Of a stretch of 64,000 bases of DNA, positions 10,601 through 25,600 are shown piece by piece. The notes under the pieces are model-generated. The model worked only from the letters and a program-made list of their open reading frames with translations. It searched no databases and was not told the DNA's origin. Where the stretch lies: positions 189,089 through 253,088 of the forward strand of contig NMRA01000603.1 in NCBI GenBank assembly GCA_002633005.1, given 5' to 3'. A program made the position numbers and the translations under genes. This DNA comes from Phoronis australis (lineage: Eukaryota; Animalia; Phoronida). Within the stretch, counting starts at the first letter, position 1. The number at the start of each line of letters is the position of its first letter.

Positions 10601-13600
10601 TAATAATTTCTTGAATGTAGCCTAAGAATGAAATCATAACATCTAGCTAATCCCGCCTTGTAACTTTCTTCATCGATAGCACTCATGTCTTGTGTTCTCA
10701 CGAACAGGAATCTTTTTACAATACATTACCTAATATTTCCTGTCTCACTCACAGGTATTACTTTCTTGTGAAACATTGATTCTCTTGACAAGCACAAGTG
10801 TCATGTCCTACCGAGCTTACTTATTTGCCTAACCTAATTTGAAAATCTAGTAAAACGATCGTGTCACTCCAAGGGTTCACAGTGTGGTCTTGAAAGTGAA
10901 AAAAGAGGTGAGAGTGAGAATCCCATGGACGGTGTCTCATCGGAGTCATATTTTGGACCAAATCTGCCCATCCCAGCCTGTTTCATCAAGCTAAGATGGT
11001 ATCGGACTTTTTATTGAGAAACCCAGACAGTAATTGACTTCACAGTAAACCAGAGAACTGGTCAGTGGTCTTGCATTGAAATTTTGTCATCTTTCAAAAT
11101 ATGTTATGTTTATTCTATGCAAAAATGTCCTCTGTACGCTTCCAGATCACGTCGCAGTGCTGGCAAGCGCCAATCTATGAAGCCATCAGACACCAGTTAT
11201 GTCTCTGAGGAAGACAGTTGCCATGACAACTTAAGCCAAACAGAGTTCGGTGCGGATGACTCGGGAGCAGAGGCTACGTCGTCCGGACTGGAAAGCGAAG
11301 AGAGCATACTGAAGGCATTGTTGAAGCATGTAAAGAGCTTCACCAATGATGACGGAGAACAGATCTCGCTGCCATTTATGAAATTGCCAAGTAAAAAGTA
11401 TGACTCGTGTTTGGTCTATAGTCTTAGCCCAAATTGCTCTTGATGGATTTGAAGATCGGCCAAAAGTTGACAAAATTGCTTAAAAATCATCTGGTTTGTC
11501 AAAGTTACATAAATAATCTAAAAGGAAATCAAAAAATATGGTGCTTCAAAATTTCGTCGATTTTTTTGAAAAATACGTAACTGTATTTACTAGGTTGATG
11601 ACCATAGCCTTTAAATTGCGACAGTTAGAAAATCAGAAGTGGGTATAAAGTGATGGCGGGTGTTAAATTTTTTTGAACAAAAGATATGAGAACTAATCAA
11701 ACGTATAGGACCAGTTTCAGTCAGGAAAGGCTGCTGAGAAAAGCTGTAGGAAGCATCTTGTGAGCAGTACCACATCAAGGTTGGAAACTGATCACATGAT
11801 GTCATGGTTATTTCTGGTGCGTTGACCACCCACAGAATTGAAATTTTGTAATGCCTGTGACAGTGTCTGAGCCTAAAAGACAGGCTTAATAAATCATAAA
11901 ATTAAAACAAAATATTTTTAATTTTGCGCATCCCTTGATACTGTTTTTTTTAATGTGTCTCTTTGTTGTAGATTGTATCCTGATTATTACCATGAAATCA
12001 AAAAGCCGTTGTCACTGAATCAGATTCGGAAAAAAATCAAGGTATGAACACTTGGGTGATATGGCTGGTCTTGTGAATGTTCATCATTTTGCGAATATGT
12101 TAAACACGGAAATTTGTTGTAAACATTCTAAAGTATCTTAGTTTTCCAGCAAAAGTTGACGAATTTCCTTGAAATTTGTCAAAGCTAGTAGAAGCCCAGA
12201 ATGAAATCAAATAAAAGATAACACTAAAAATCATTTGAGAAGAAATTGGAAATTATTATTCTGAAAATTGCTGCACGTGCATTCATCTGAAAGTATTTGT
12301 ATCTTGGATTGGTTGATAAGATGATTTGACGTAATCTGTATTATTTCTGTAATTGTCGTTGTTGACTGAACAAAACGTCGACTTTTGCTTTTAATCACCT
12401 GTCATTGTTTTTGTCCTGTTATCTTGTGCCTAAAATTCTTTGGCCGATATTGTTGACTTTTAGCCTGCTATTCTATATTCAAGTTTTTTGACCAACGTTT
12501 CAATATTTGACTGTGACATGGGTCAGAGAGTTCCAGCACATCCGTCATGTGAAGACTTCAGAACTGTGGCGACCAGTATTTTAAAGTTAATTTTTTTCAG
12601 TTTGGCGAATACAGTGGACTGCACGAGTTAGCTGATGACCTTGACCTTGTGTTTGAAAATGCCAAGAAGTACAATACGGACGAGTCCCGGTTGTTTCAGG
12701 TACAAGCAAAAAACTGCGTAGCGGCAGATTGAGTATCAGTTTTTAAAAGATTACTTTGTAAACAATTGACTAATACATTCTTGTTGAAAATCATAGAAAT
12801 TTTAGAACTGAGATTTTCTGCTAGTTTTATAATTATTTCTAAACATTGCCTATTTTTCCGTTTGTTATTTCAGCCAAGCCAAAAATAATCTCCCAAATTT
12901 CCATTTCCTGTTGTGACTCATAATTACATCAACTCTGAGGTTTTAGTTTCGCTTGCTCCGGCTTGATGAAATTCTGAGTCATTTTGTTGGATTATTTCTT
13001 CAGATACTTATTCCACGCACATAACATATTTACCAAAAAATTGTTGTTCTATTTTTTGTTGGATGAATACTCCAAATAATGGATAATTTACCAAAAATTG
13101 TTTCATTACATTTGCACATTACAAACAATGTATTATCTGTAATGGACTAAAATGTTTCTTAATCTTTATTTTTGTAGAGTACTACAATTAAATAGAATTT
13201 CACTCGTCAAACATGTTGTGTCAAAAATAAGTGACAGTTTTCTCTACTTTTATTTACTTTTGATACAATTGTAATTGTTCAATTTTTTCACCCTCTGCCT
13301 GCTTGTCAACTCTTATTGTTTTTGTTGTAAAATAGAATTTAAAATACTTATTTTACAATAATCTAAAATTCTAAGAATATTAATGGGCCCCTATGGTACT
13401 TTTATTTTGAGGCAGTTTGCTTTTGAGTTAGAAACAACCACAAGTCTACATGGGCGTATGTATGTGGGTATGAATGTTTTCTCTTCATTTTCACATCTTT
13501 GTAATACATGTCGGTATTATGCTTAAAAAATAAAAAATTAAAATAGTAATTGTAGTTGATACAGATCTGTTTATAGCAGGATTTCCTGTCCTCCAGCTAT

Positions 13601-16600
13601 AGAGGAAAAAATAACGCTTCACCATCATTCCTGCTATTAGCGATTATGTCAATGCTCCTTTAAAAGATGGAAGAGGTAAGTTTTCTCATATTTGTTTTGT
13701 TTTCAGGATGCAGTTCAGCTTCAGAAAGAAATGCACAAGAAAAAGAAAGAGTTGGACAAGTTTGAAAAAGTAAGCTCTTTGTAATTTCATTCAGTGAAAA
13801 TTTTGAATAATTGCAGAAATTTAAATCCTCATACAGTGCAAGGTCGTATCTGAAGTGTATAACCCTCAGCCTGATCCATTGCACCAATCACCTGAAACCA
13901 TATTCATGTATAAGTGTACACGTATAGACATATGCCCAAATTATGACTGAGCTGGGGATATAAGGACCTGACTCCACGTTCTAGCAGTGGGGTCGTACAA
14001 CCTTGTTAACAGGAGGCAAACACTCAGACGCCTAGGTCACTTTGCCTACAGTGTTGCAAAGATAAGGAGAAATTTACTCCTTCCATGGTATATCATGTAA
14101 AAATTAAATGAATGTGATGCTAAATGTGTCATTATATTAAGTTAAAGTTCTATTCCAAAACACCACCAATCGAACATCAGGTAGGTGACACTGCATATGA
14201 CTTTAAAGTGAAATAATTTTTTAAAGCTCCACAACTGGTTCACAATCTGACAGGGAGAAGACGGGATTTGTCCGCAAACCTCTGGTCCCAGAATTTGTAG
14301 CCAACTTGCACCAGGGTTTTACAACTGTAGTGCACTGAACTCCATTTCTGTAACCAGATACGCCATTACTTTCATAAAAGTGTGAGACTTAAATTCATCA
14401 TTTGCTAATAGTGAGTTCTCCCTTATTCATGCAGACTTTCCCTTTCCAAACGTGCTAAATCTGCAAATGTTTGCGTTGTCTTTGTTTCCTCTGTATAAAA
14501 TATTCTTCTATTTGAATGCATTTATGCGTTACTAGTCATAGCATGTGACACTTTTCGTACATCCCCTTGTACCACCAAAAGAATACTGTTTACATCAGAG
14601 ATACTTTTATTTTGGAGTTTTGCTGTAACAAAATAACATTCCTGTCATGACAGCTAATTTAGCAGAAGTGTCTGGTAATTATGGTGGCAAAATTGTAATT
14701 ACAGATTGAATGACTAGGTCGCCTTGCTAAATTTCATGTTTTAACATCAATCTCTGTGATGAGATAAGGCTATTCTGATAATAAATTTGGCTCCCACCCA
14801 GCTGTCATAATTGAAAATTGTCATTTTTTCTGAATGCTTTTGGCTTGTACTGTTTGTAGTGTGCTCAAGTGGTAAATATTTCTAAACTCCAATGACTTCT
14901 ACTAAACTTTGGCAAAGTTTGAGTCTCAACACAATGGAACAGTTTTGTGTTGAAAGCAAGCTTTTGTTAGAGTCAAATTACGTCTCTGGTCACTCTGTAG
15001 TCGGTGGTTAGTTTAAAATTATTGGGTCTACCCATGAAATGAATTCTGCGCTACAATCAAGCCAGGAAATGTTGGAAGAGTTTATGATATTTATATATTT
15101 AGAATAGATTTGAAATGCATCGTCAGTGCCCTTTTGTAGAATTTTTAAAACACTTATTAATAAATAAAGTCACTTTCTGCAGAAAAGGCTGGGTTATGTA
15201 GACTTTGAAGTGACATGAGACATCTTGAACTTGTTAATAAATAAATTAACTAGTCAATGATTGGCAAGGATGGCACATTCAGGTCTGCGTGTGCGACATG
15301 GTTCGTCTTTTGTTGCCCCACATAATTACGTGACCTCTTATCACACGTGACTAGTGCGCCACCTGGGAGGACTCGTTATTCTGGTCGTGTGACGAGGAGG
15401 TAAACAGTGCATGACCTCGTTGTCGGCGTGAGGTTCGACTGTGTTGCATTGTGGCCTTTTTCTGAAAATAGCCTCATTGAGAAGTCATAGATAGTAGGCT
15501 CTAAATAGTCAACAACATTTTGATTACATTTTACTCACTTTTATTACATGAATTATTAATTTTTTTCTACAATTGTGTCATAATGGGGCAGCTGTAACAT
15601 CTTAGAAATGAAAATGCTGACCCTTACATTTATTTTTCACAAGTTTTGTTTTCCTAACCCTGATTGGCACCCATGTTTCTTATGGATTCGTTCACACCAA
15701 TACCATTCAGTTTCACTTGACTTCCTTTAGACACTGATCTGACTGTGGTATTTTGGGGTGATCATAATTTCACTGCAGAGGTTATTTTCATAAAAGGGTA
15801 TCGGTGTTCAGGTCGAGCTTGAGCCGTCAATTATGTTGTGGTCATGTTTAGTTACTGTAACAGTTACACATTTAGTATTTCTGCATGTTAAGAAACAATT
15901 CTGTTATCAGACTGCAAGAAGCCATGCTTTTGGTGTCTCATGCTCAGTTGCTGCCTTGTTGTCACAAAGTTTACAGTTCCTGTCAGTTGCCACTTACCTT
16001 TTGCTACTTAGTTTGGTGTCTTGTACTGTAGAAGTTGTGATTTTTATGCCTCCTTCTGGTGCCCCTTTTGGAGTCTTAGTTCTGATTTGTCCTCGTCTTG
16101 CCGTCGTTATTGGGCTGGCAATATGTACATTGCTTACCAGAAACAAGTTAACGTCAAAATTATTCTCCACTATATTGTTTTCCTTGTGGTAGTGCATGCT
16201 GGTTGTCTAGGTTGCGACATTCGTTGTCCATTAAGACATACTGTTGTTGACATTGTATCTAGCTTTTTGCCTTGTCTTGTTGTGTACGTTGCGTTTGTTA
16301 TTGTTGTAATCAAATGCTTCTTTAGTCATGAAGAGTCTGACCTGAATGCACTGCTGCGCCATCTGAAAGTAGGCATTCGTGTTCAAGTGCATCAGGTTTT
16401 AAAAAGTTGACGATTTTCAATCAAAATTTTTCAATCTTCACCGAAGTTGAGGTGAAAATCGGGAAGGAAAACTGTAAAGAAACAACCCTAAATCAATTTA
16501 AAGTTAGCTGGAAATATTTTCCTTCGAAATTTCACCCATTACAGGAGAAAAGTTTTCGTCAACTAGACCACAGAAACGTGTGAATGTGGAAATAGAAACC

Positions 16601-19600
16601 TTTTCATTGAAAACTTATGAAATTTCTGAGTTTCCTTGTTTGCTGATTTTCAAATGATTTTGTGTTTGTGTTTCTGTCTTCAATGTCATATTTTCACCAA
16701 TACATTCTTGAATCAAATTATGGCAAAATTCTCCAGCTTTCTTTTTCTGAAAACTGTTGTGTGACTAATATGATCCCACTCTAAGAATGAATTATTTACT
16801 TTTTGCTGACACTTAATCTGTGACAGAATTTTAACCTGACTGTTTGTTTTCTTCCTCTCCTTATTGGTTTTAGTAGAGCTGGTTCATAAATAGAGCATGT
16901 GGGTTAAAAGTTGCGGAGTCAGATGTTTTAGTAAAGACCTGTATCCAGAATTTAGTATGTCATTTAAGTTTCCGCATAAAGCTGGTGTGGATGTGACTAT
17001 ATTGATATCAGTAGCAATTCTAATCCCATCTGCAACTTTCTGCATTGCAGTTTAATTTTATATTGAAACTTCAGTGTTTGTTTTTGGCACCCACGCAGTT
17101 TGGCTGTCAACGATTCGTGAATATTTGCCAACTCTTTTCCATCATTTCTTGTTAAATCTTCTTGCACTGAATTTAGTCTTTCCAACTACCACAGTCACTG
17201 GATGTACCCGAGGGTGAGGAAACCCCCAAGAGACGAGGGCGCCCTCCAGTGGCCAGCAGTGAAGAGAGGAAGAAGCCTGGCCGAAAACCGAAGGCGAAGG
17301 AGGAAACACTGAAGGACCGATTGACGACCCTGTACAGATGTGTGCACGACTGTGAGGTGGGTTGAAGCTGGTGACCTGTCAGTGTGACTTGTGATTGATC
17401 GGTGGTTTGTCACTTGAACTGCTAATGAATAACATTGACATTCATTATGACCACATTCTCACCAGCCACATATCTTTAGCTGTGCATATTGATCCCTGGT
17501 AAATTCATTATTTTTAAACTAATAAAGAGTGAAATGTTTATTTTTTAAACGTCAAGGATTCAGATACCTATTGTAATATGTTGGTTGAGACGCCAATCTC
17601 ATTTGCTCCTGGATGAAGATTTGACATTTCATTACTTCTAATTGGTAATTTTGGAGTGTGAAATACCATGATGCAAGGCACAACTTAGGCATTTTCGCAT
17701 TTACCTAAGAGCTAACCCTAACACTAGACTTGACCAAATCCCTAATATTGTTCAAAATATGATCATGGTATTCAGATTTGCAATTTGATTTTGTGAGTTA
17801 TTTGATTTTAGTACCTATGGATATGAATTGTTGGCTTCTTTCTTGCAGGATGAGAACGAGCGTCCGTTGATTGACATTTTCATGTTCCTGCCATCCCAGG
17901 AACACTACCCAGACTACTATCAGGTGATCTCAGAGCCCATCGACATGGTAACCATCGAGGAGAAGATTGAACTGGACAAGGTAAGTGCACATGCACAGAC
18001 GATTCTGCTTTGTGTTGTTTTCCCATTGAGGTCACGCTGTCTAAGCTCCTGCGATAAGATTTATCCGTGTCAGGTGGTAACATAGTAGTTATCACTGAGC
18101 AGGAATATCACTTGAGTTACCCTCTGGCAGTGCAGGTGTTAGGTACTGAATGATTATTCTTTTGGCAACAACTGCTTGCAAAAACTCATCTCATGCAGGG
18201 TTTTCCTCCTTATTATTTTAGGAAGTCGACACGCAGTAGTTAATACTTGAGAAGAGAGTTTAGAAAATGGGTTAACATTCTTTGATTTTTTTCAGTTCAA
18301 ACAAGGAAGAACAAAGTTTTGGAATTTTCTTACATGATGTGTAGAATCATTTATTTGAAGACTGGCATAGTTGTGTAATTGCTAACTTCTTTGAATCGTT
18401 TTGGTGATGGCTATTGAAAACTGTTTCATCCAACGCGTGGTGACCGGCCAACACAATCTCGCACTACAGTGTCAGTAATTCAGCAATGTTTTCCACCTTA
18501 ACAGTACACGTGCGAGAGGGAGTTGATCAACAATTTCCGCCTCATGTTTAACAACGCGCGACACTACAACGAGGAGAATTCTCAAGTCTATCGCGATGCT
18601 GACACACTGGAGAAGACGTTGATGGCAAAGGTCAAGTCTCTTAATCCCTTGGTGGAGTCGCCGCGCTCAGCCAAAATATTTGGCAAAGGGTATGTAATCT
18701 ACGGTTATTGATTAATAACTTGCTTAGGGACAGGTCACAATTTTCACAATTCTCATAAGGCTTGTACAAAGCCTTTTTTTTGGATGTGTGAGAGGAGATT
18801 GAGACTTGTCACTAGTATTTTTGCTTTTGATCTCATGAACATTAACTGGCATTGCGGAAAGACAAAACTTTGGGATACTTTGAGACCCCTCCCAAGTTTT
18901 GGTGAAATGCTGCCTATAACTCCGATTGGGTTTCTGTAATTGACCGGTGGTCCCGATAGCTCATTGGACGAGAGCATCTGCACGGTTAGTGGAAAGTATA
19001 TGGGTCGAGGCCAATTCAGGACTGAGATCTTTTTGGACTTAATTGTATGTCACATGATGTTAACAGCATATGGCGTGTAAGAAGTTTGATAATTTTGAGA
19101 CCAATTTCATGTGAAAATTCATCTTTATCCAAAGGTGGCTTTTGTGGTGGAAGACATATAACCACTTGATTGGCTAGTTTGTAAAAACCATTAGTCACAT
19201 ATTTAGCACCCTGATGATGGAGGGGGCTGCCGAGATGTCAGGTAATCTGGTGTGGACGCTGTGCCGCAGTAGAAATGAAACTGTTGCACTAATGGTAAAC
19301 TCGAAATTCACTAGGTGTCGCATGTGGAGCAAAGAACGTTCCCTTAGAAAAACCTGTCTCTACGCAATTCACCTGTTTTGCTCATCACACAAACGACCCC
19401 ATGCTTATGAATTACTTTCTGCTCTCACTCTTTTGGCATGTCAAAAAGAGGTACATTTATTTATGAGCGCCACCTGTTGGATATCAAATCAGCGATTGCT
19501 GCCACTGATTGTCCATTACTTTTGTAGCCCAAAGCAGAAGTCTTTGTCCCCACTAGAACAAAAGCTACAGGATCTGTATGACTTTGTGAAGGATTTCAGC

Positions 19601-22600
19601 GACTCTAAAGGTCGGATACTTTCAGCTCCGTTTATCAAACTACCATCAAAGAATGTAAGTAATGGACATCTTTCTTAGCTCTAGATAAACCCGAAGCACA
19701 TTTCTTTATAATGTGTGAACACAGTTAGTTTGTGTAACTCTGGTTACTAATCTGTTGACAAGTCTCATTTTGTGTTGCTGCGCTTATTTGGTAAAGCTAT
19801 AACAGTGGCTTTAAAAAGTTGACCAAATGTCTTTTTATCAAAAACCGTTGAAAATTTTGCTGCATAAAATCATAAAATGGTTTATTCTTTTCTAAATTTG
19901 TCTACTCTTTTGAAACCTAGACACCTTTTAAGACATGTTTTACTTGAAATCAGTTTGTGTCATTGAATGCTCAGTTGTTTTCCTGATTCAAAGCCATCTT
20001 AATTTTAATTTTCTAGTCTAGTGACAAGCAATGATAAAAGTGGCATTTAGCAAACTAAAGAGCATTGTCTGTACGATAATCTTATTTCTGGGCAGCCAAA
20101 ATTAACGTTTTTAATCAAGTGTGTTCAGTACATGCTGCACATCACACAAAATGTCCTTGCTCATGTCACGTGACATATTTCAGGAGTATCCGGACTATTA
20201 TGAGGTGATTAAGAAGCCCGTTGACATGATACGCATCACACAGAAAATGACATCATCCATGTACTCTCACGTCGAGGACATGGTCGCCGACTTTGTGCAG
20301 ATGTTTGACAATGCCTGTAAATACAACGAGCCTGACTCACTCATCTACAAGGTCAGTGTAATTTTTCTGTCCATGTAAATTTCCACGTTTTTATTCTAAC
20401 TATTAAAACAGGTGCTCTGTCTGTGCATTGTTAGGGGTTTTTGCTACTTCAAAGTGCGCAAGAAAATTAATGAAACATCCAATTTGAGGCTCATCTTGGA
20501 TGTTTTGTAGAATCATTGTAAACTTGCAGCTTTTAATTTCCTTAAACTGTATTTGATCACAGTTGGAAAACAAGATTAAGCCTCAAATCACTTGTTCGAG
20601 GTAAATAATACCCATAGCTGTTGGTTTGTTATGTGCTTGTCTTGTGTTTGTCTTGTAATGCCCTGGACAGACGTTGACAGTGCCCTGCCGCACTCCTTCA
20701 AAGTATGACAAAATTCTGGCCAGAGTTGTTTGGTCAGCCAAACTTTTGTCTCAATGAATTTCTGTTTTTGTTGACGCTTTCTCCAAGTTTAATGTAACAT
20801 TACTGCAGCACCTAGCCGCTTGTTGACGTTTATTTGTGAATGGCCTTGCGCAGTAAGTTGTCGCGATTTCAACAAAGTGCCTAGAGCGACACCTGTTGAG
20901 GTTTTTCCAGTATCAATACATATTCCAGATAAAAAGAAATGATACTCATGTCTGTATGGCAAAACTCTGCGACATTGTCCAACTTGTTCTGGAAACTAAT
21001 TACTGTTAATCATGTGAAACTTTGTAAAAAGGACGTCGTTTACATCGTGATCATGTTTGTTCCAGGATGCTCTGACCCTACAGCGAGTGTGTCTGGAGAA
21101 GAAAGCTGACCTGGTGGAAGATGAAGACAGCGAAGTACCAGATGTGCAAGGAGTTGTTCAGGAGTTGATGAAAAACCTGTTTATATCCGTCTATAATTAT
21201 CAGGTGCGCCCCTTGTGGTTGGTATGAATTCATATCAGGCTGGTGATAAAGGAACATCAGTCTGATGTCAGTCTGATCATCATTTACGAAAACTTCTTGT
21301 TTATTATTGTTGAGTCATATGATAATCATAATTGTCTATAAAAAAATCTGTTGCCAGTGTATAAGAAATCATGATTTATGGTAAACCTTAGATGAGAAAT
21401 TATATCAACTGTAAATAACAAATTTGTATTAATTATTTGATACCATTCATATAATTGATAGGTATTGGTTCTTATGAACTCATAAGCAAAATGTCAAGAT
21501 CTTAGATACCCCAAACCGGAGTCGACGGTGTGGTATTTTGTTAGTTCTTGACTTTTTGAAAGAAGGAAATCTACCTGAGGAGAGTAAACATGATGCGAGA
21601 ATTTTTTATTTTACTGATTGCTAGGCAAATCATGTCATTCCAGACCTTTTTCCTTGTCTCTTCAGGTATTCAAAAAAATGGATCTTGCCTGAAATTGATG
21701 CAGGTGTTTTATTTTTAGTCGATTAATGCAGGTCTCAAAATGAGTTGGGGAATAGACCAAAGCCAACTAGACTGTTTGGCCTAAAGGAGAGAAAAGTGGA
21801 ACCTTGTTCGAGTCCCACTGTGACATACAGCTAGATCCCTAAGTCAGGTCTCTAGCTCCTCAGCCTGGTTTTATCTATATATGTTATGAGTAAAGCATTA
21901 AAATGGCTCCAAGTGATCAGTGCAGTGGGCCCACCCAAGCACCCTGCCTACATCTGGTAAATGTATGCCAGACCGCCTGCAGTTATTTATAGTATAAGTA
22001 CACTGTTCGTATGAATTCATGCTTGCCTTGGGTAGAATATTTGTGCTTTTGAAAAAGGGGACAGCAGTGAGTATGGAATCTGTTCTTGTTTCAAGGACGA
22101 CGATGGCCGTTGCTATAGCGACTCATTCGTAGATCTTCCAGCTGTTACGGAGGAGGAAGTTGAAGGGGAGGAGAAAAAGATCTTAAAGTGAGTGCTTCAG
22201 TCATTTGTTATTGTTGTACCATGCGCTTCCTTGTATAACATTATCGTTGGCTTACTGCCTGCCACCTGCTTTAAAGCTCCAATGTTTGATTCCCTTCAGT
22301 TTACCATCAACACACCAACTTTAAGTTTTTGGAGATAACTTTTTTGTTAACTGCTCATTGGGTGTGCCAGTAAATACTGTCATTGCCAGAAGCTTGGTAC
22401 TTGTTTTATTTAATATTAACTTCGTTATTTGTATCTTATTGGACAATTGTAGCTTGCACAGTCAAAGACTGCTTTACTGCAGTACACTTGATAGATAGTA
22501 TGTTGAAATCATATTGATTGATTTCAATTATTTGTAAAATAAATGTAACAAAGATGATAGTAGAGAAAACTATCATTGGTATCAATTTAAAAATATGTTG

Positions 22601-25600
22601 ATGCAGAGGTTGTTTAATTTGCAGGCATCACTTGACTTTCAATCAAGTCAAAAAGAATCTAGACTGGGTAAGTGTTCATTGTGTTGTGATTGTCATTAAT
22701 GCCATAAAGTGTTATGTGATGCAAGTTGTACCTAAATGTCATAGCGAGTTCCTGGTTGTACAAGTCTGATGCAGAAATACTATGCTAGTTCATAGTGATA
22801 GATTAGCACATCCGTAGTGAACGTTTAAAGATTGATGTTTGGCATGTGACATTTTTCAGGGTCGCTATCGCCGCATTGACAAGCTTCAGGAAGACATGTT
22901 TGCCGTGTTTGAGTACGCTCGCAACGTAAGCAGGACAGACTCACAGGTAGATATCCTTTAATGAGTTTGTTTCAATTTGATTTCACGGGATGTCAAAGAG
23001 AAAATATTGGAAAGTAATGAGAAGCGGACTATTCCTAATTTTAAACTGATTCAACTTTCATTAACTTCCATATGCCTTCATCTGTTCTTGTGACCCTTGC
23101 ACCTGGTATTTCACCATGGCAACCGTTATTTCCTGTAGCTTTATGAGGATGCCGTGGAGATGCAGACATTCTTCCTTCGGATCCGTGATGAGTTGTGCAA
23201 GAACGGTGAGCTTCTATTAACACCCGCCCTCAGTTATACGGACAAGCACCTACAGGTGGCGTTAGAGGAGCAGCGTCGTGAGAAGTTGCCGTTGGAGCAG
23301 AAGGAAGATGAAGATAAGAAGAGTCAGTGTGGGACTGAGGAGATGAACTCTGAGGAGGTGAGGGGNNNNNNNNNNNNNNNNNNNNNNNNNNNNNNNNNNN
23401 NNNNNNNNNNNNNNNNNNNNNNNNNNNNNNNNNNNNNNNNNNNNNNNNNNNNNNNNNGGTGAGAGAGGGACGAAGAGGGGTGAGGTTGAGGTGTGGTATG
23501 AGAATCATTACGAGACCTTGTTGTATAGTCTTTGATATCTGTTTCACAAATGTCCGCATTCTTCCTGCCAGGACGAACAGACAGAATCCAAGCCTGTGGG
23601 CGAGAACAGTGTGCAGTTCAAAGGTCAGACGTACTCTGTGGGCGACTTTGTGTTTATTGAGCCAAGGTAGGTCTTACTCAAATTCTATTCTAACGGGTCT
23701 TATATGGCAATACTTGACGAAGTTGTCAAGTATGATGATATATTTGGTGATTAAGGTGTTTGTGTTCCTCAGAATTCCTACGTAACTGTTATTTTTGTGG
23801 CCACTTTCTTGGCTAAATGCTGCCACAACAAATTACGATGTTGCATTTTAATATATTTTTTTAATAATTTCCAAAAACTTATTACAAATTTTGTAAAACA
23901 TTTCCCTGCTGACATCAAAATTTGTGTGAGTGCCTGGTGACAAATGAAACAAAATCATTTGAAAGTTGGACGCAAATTTTCTCTCCAAAATTTTCCGGTT
24001 TCTGACTATAAGACATTTCGTTGACATTTTTGAATTATTAAACTTCTTCGCTGTTCATTGATTTGGAATCTTGGTATTAAATGTATTCGTTATGATTCGT
24101 TTCAGGGAGAAGGCACTATACCCTCACATCTGCTGTATCGAGAGATTGTGGGAGGACGTAGAGGGTGTGCCCTGGTGCCATGGCAACTGGTTCTACCGGC
24201 CAAATGAGACATTCCACCTGGCTACTCGCAAGTTCTTGGAAAAGGCAAGTACCAGTGGTCAATGAGGTGTGAGGTGGTGTGTGATAAGAATGCAGAGGAT
24301 TTGATGGAACTGAACTCACCTGAAATCTGCTAAGGAGAGTGAAATTTATTCAGAGTAGCGCTGAGATCTGTCCTTGTCCTGGTTGGTGATTAGGGATTGG
24401 GTAATGGTCGGATTGAATATGCCTGCATTTCGAGAACCAGTTTTCTCCTCTGAGTAACGGGTATCAAACTGATTCACAAAATACGGGCACGTTATATCCG
24501 ACAGTGGCCAGGGATTGGGTATTAGTCAGGTGAAGCTAAGAAAGACTATCTGTATTTATGTAAGAGTGTAATTGAAGGGCTGTTTATTTGGGGTGAGTTC
24601 TGTAAAGCAAGTTTCTTGGGAGAAAAACATGTACAGCAACACTGAGCAAAGTCACTAGAGTAAAAAGTATTTTGTGAGTAACCTCGGAGATTTTACAGTC
24701 ACGTACATTAGCAAAATGGCTGGCCTTGAGGCAATAGGTCGATGAGGTTGCAATGTTCATTTGCGGTAGAAGTTTTCTATTTTCTGTTGGATACCTGAAG
24801 ATTTCTGGTGCAAGTGTCATATGAAGGTCATGCGTTTGCCGAACACACCCTTATATAGAGCCGTTATTCAGATAGGAGTCTTGTGGAATTTCTTGAATTC
24901 ATGCATTTATACAATTAAGTAAGGTCTTGGTGTCATTTGTGTCTCTTGCAAAATTTGAAGCTTCTCAATGTGTCTTGACTCTGCTTGATGTTCCACATAT
25001 TGTGTGATGAAAAAAATGTATCAATTACTGAATTATTATGCATGGTTTATTATGCTCTCCAGTATTCTGAATTGATCAGATTTACATTCATCATGGGACT
25101 GTTTCCGAATTCCCAGCAAACATAAAGTTTTGTGTAGTTCTTTTCAAAATACGGACATTTCCTTCACATGACGTTTGAGACAATTCCCTGGGAGATGAGT
25201 AATGCGATTGTTTTCTACTAGTCTTTTGTTTCAAACTTGTCTGTTCATTTGATTGTGCGTCCATTGTTGTAGGAAGTCTTTAAGAGTGACTTTTTTGACA
25301 GCTCACCTCTCACCAAGGTGATCGGGAAGTGTTATGTGATGTTTGTGAAGGAGTACTTCAAAAATCAGCCAGAGGTACGTAATTTTTCCATTGCTGCCCG
25401 GACTATGACCGTGTCCCTGTCCAGGGTCTGCTGCTCCATATCCAAAACCCTTTAATGTATGTTCATGAAATTTGACACACTTGTTCCTTCCATTGATGCA
25501 ACAGCACGAGCGAACTTTCGGACAGATTCGACCACAGTTGTGCCCCCTAGTACCATTTTTAGGTGCTTCCTACTATGTCTAACTGATTGGATAATTGTTA

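Noticed and set aside
15833-16410. Overlapping 67-129 aa ORFs in the 3.4-kb PBRM1 intron, as a possible nested gene
   Set aside because: No recognisable domain, stops break the longer minus-strand frames, and the composition is strand-skewed. More likely a decayed repeat.
22951-22959. ATATCCTTT U12-type donor consensus 4 nt inside a PBRM1 intron
   Set aside because: The canonical CAG|gt donor at 22947 already gives the conserved DSQ|LYEDA junction, and no compatible U12 branch point and acceptor keeps the frame.
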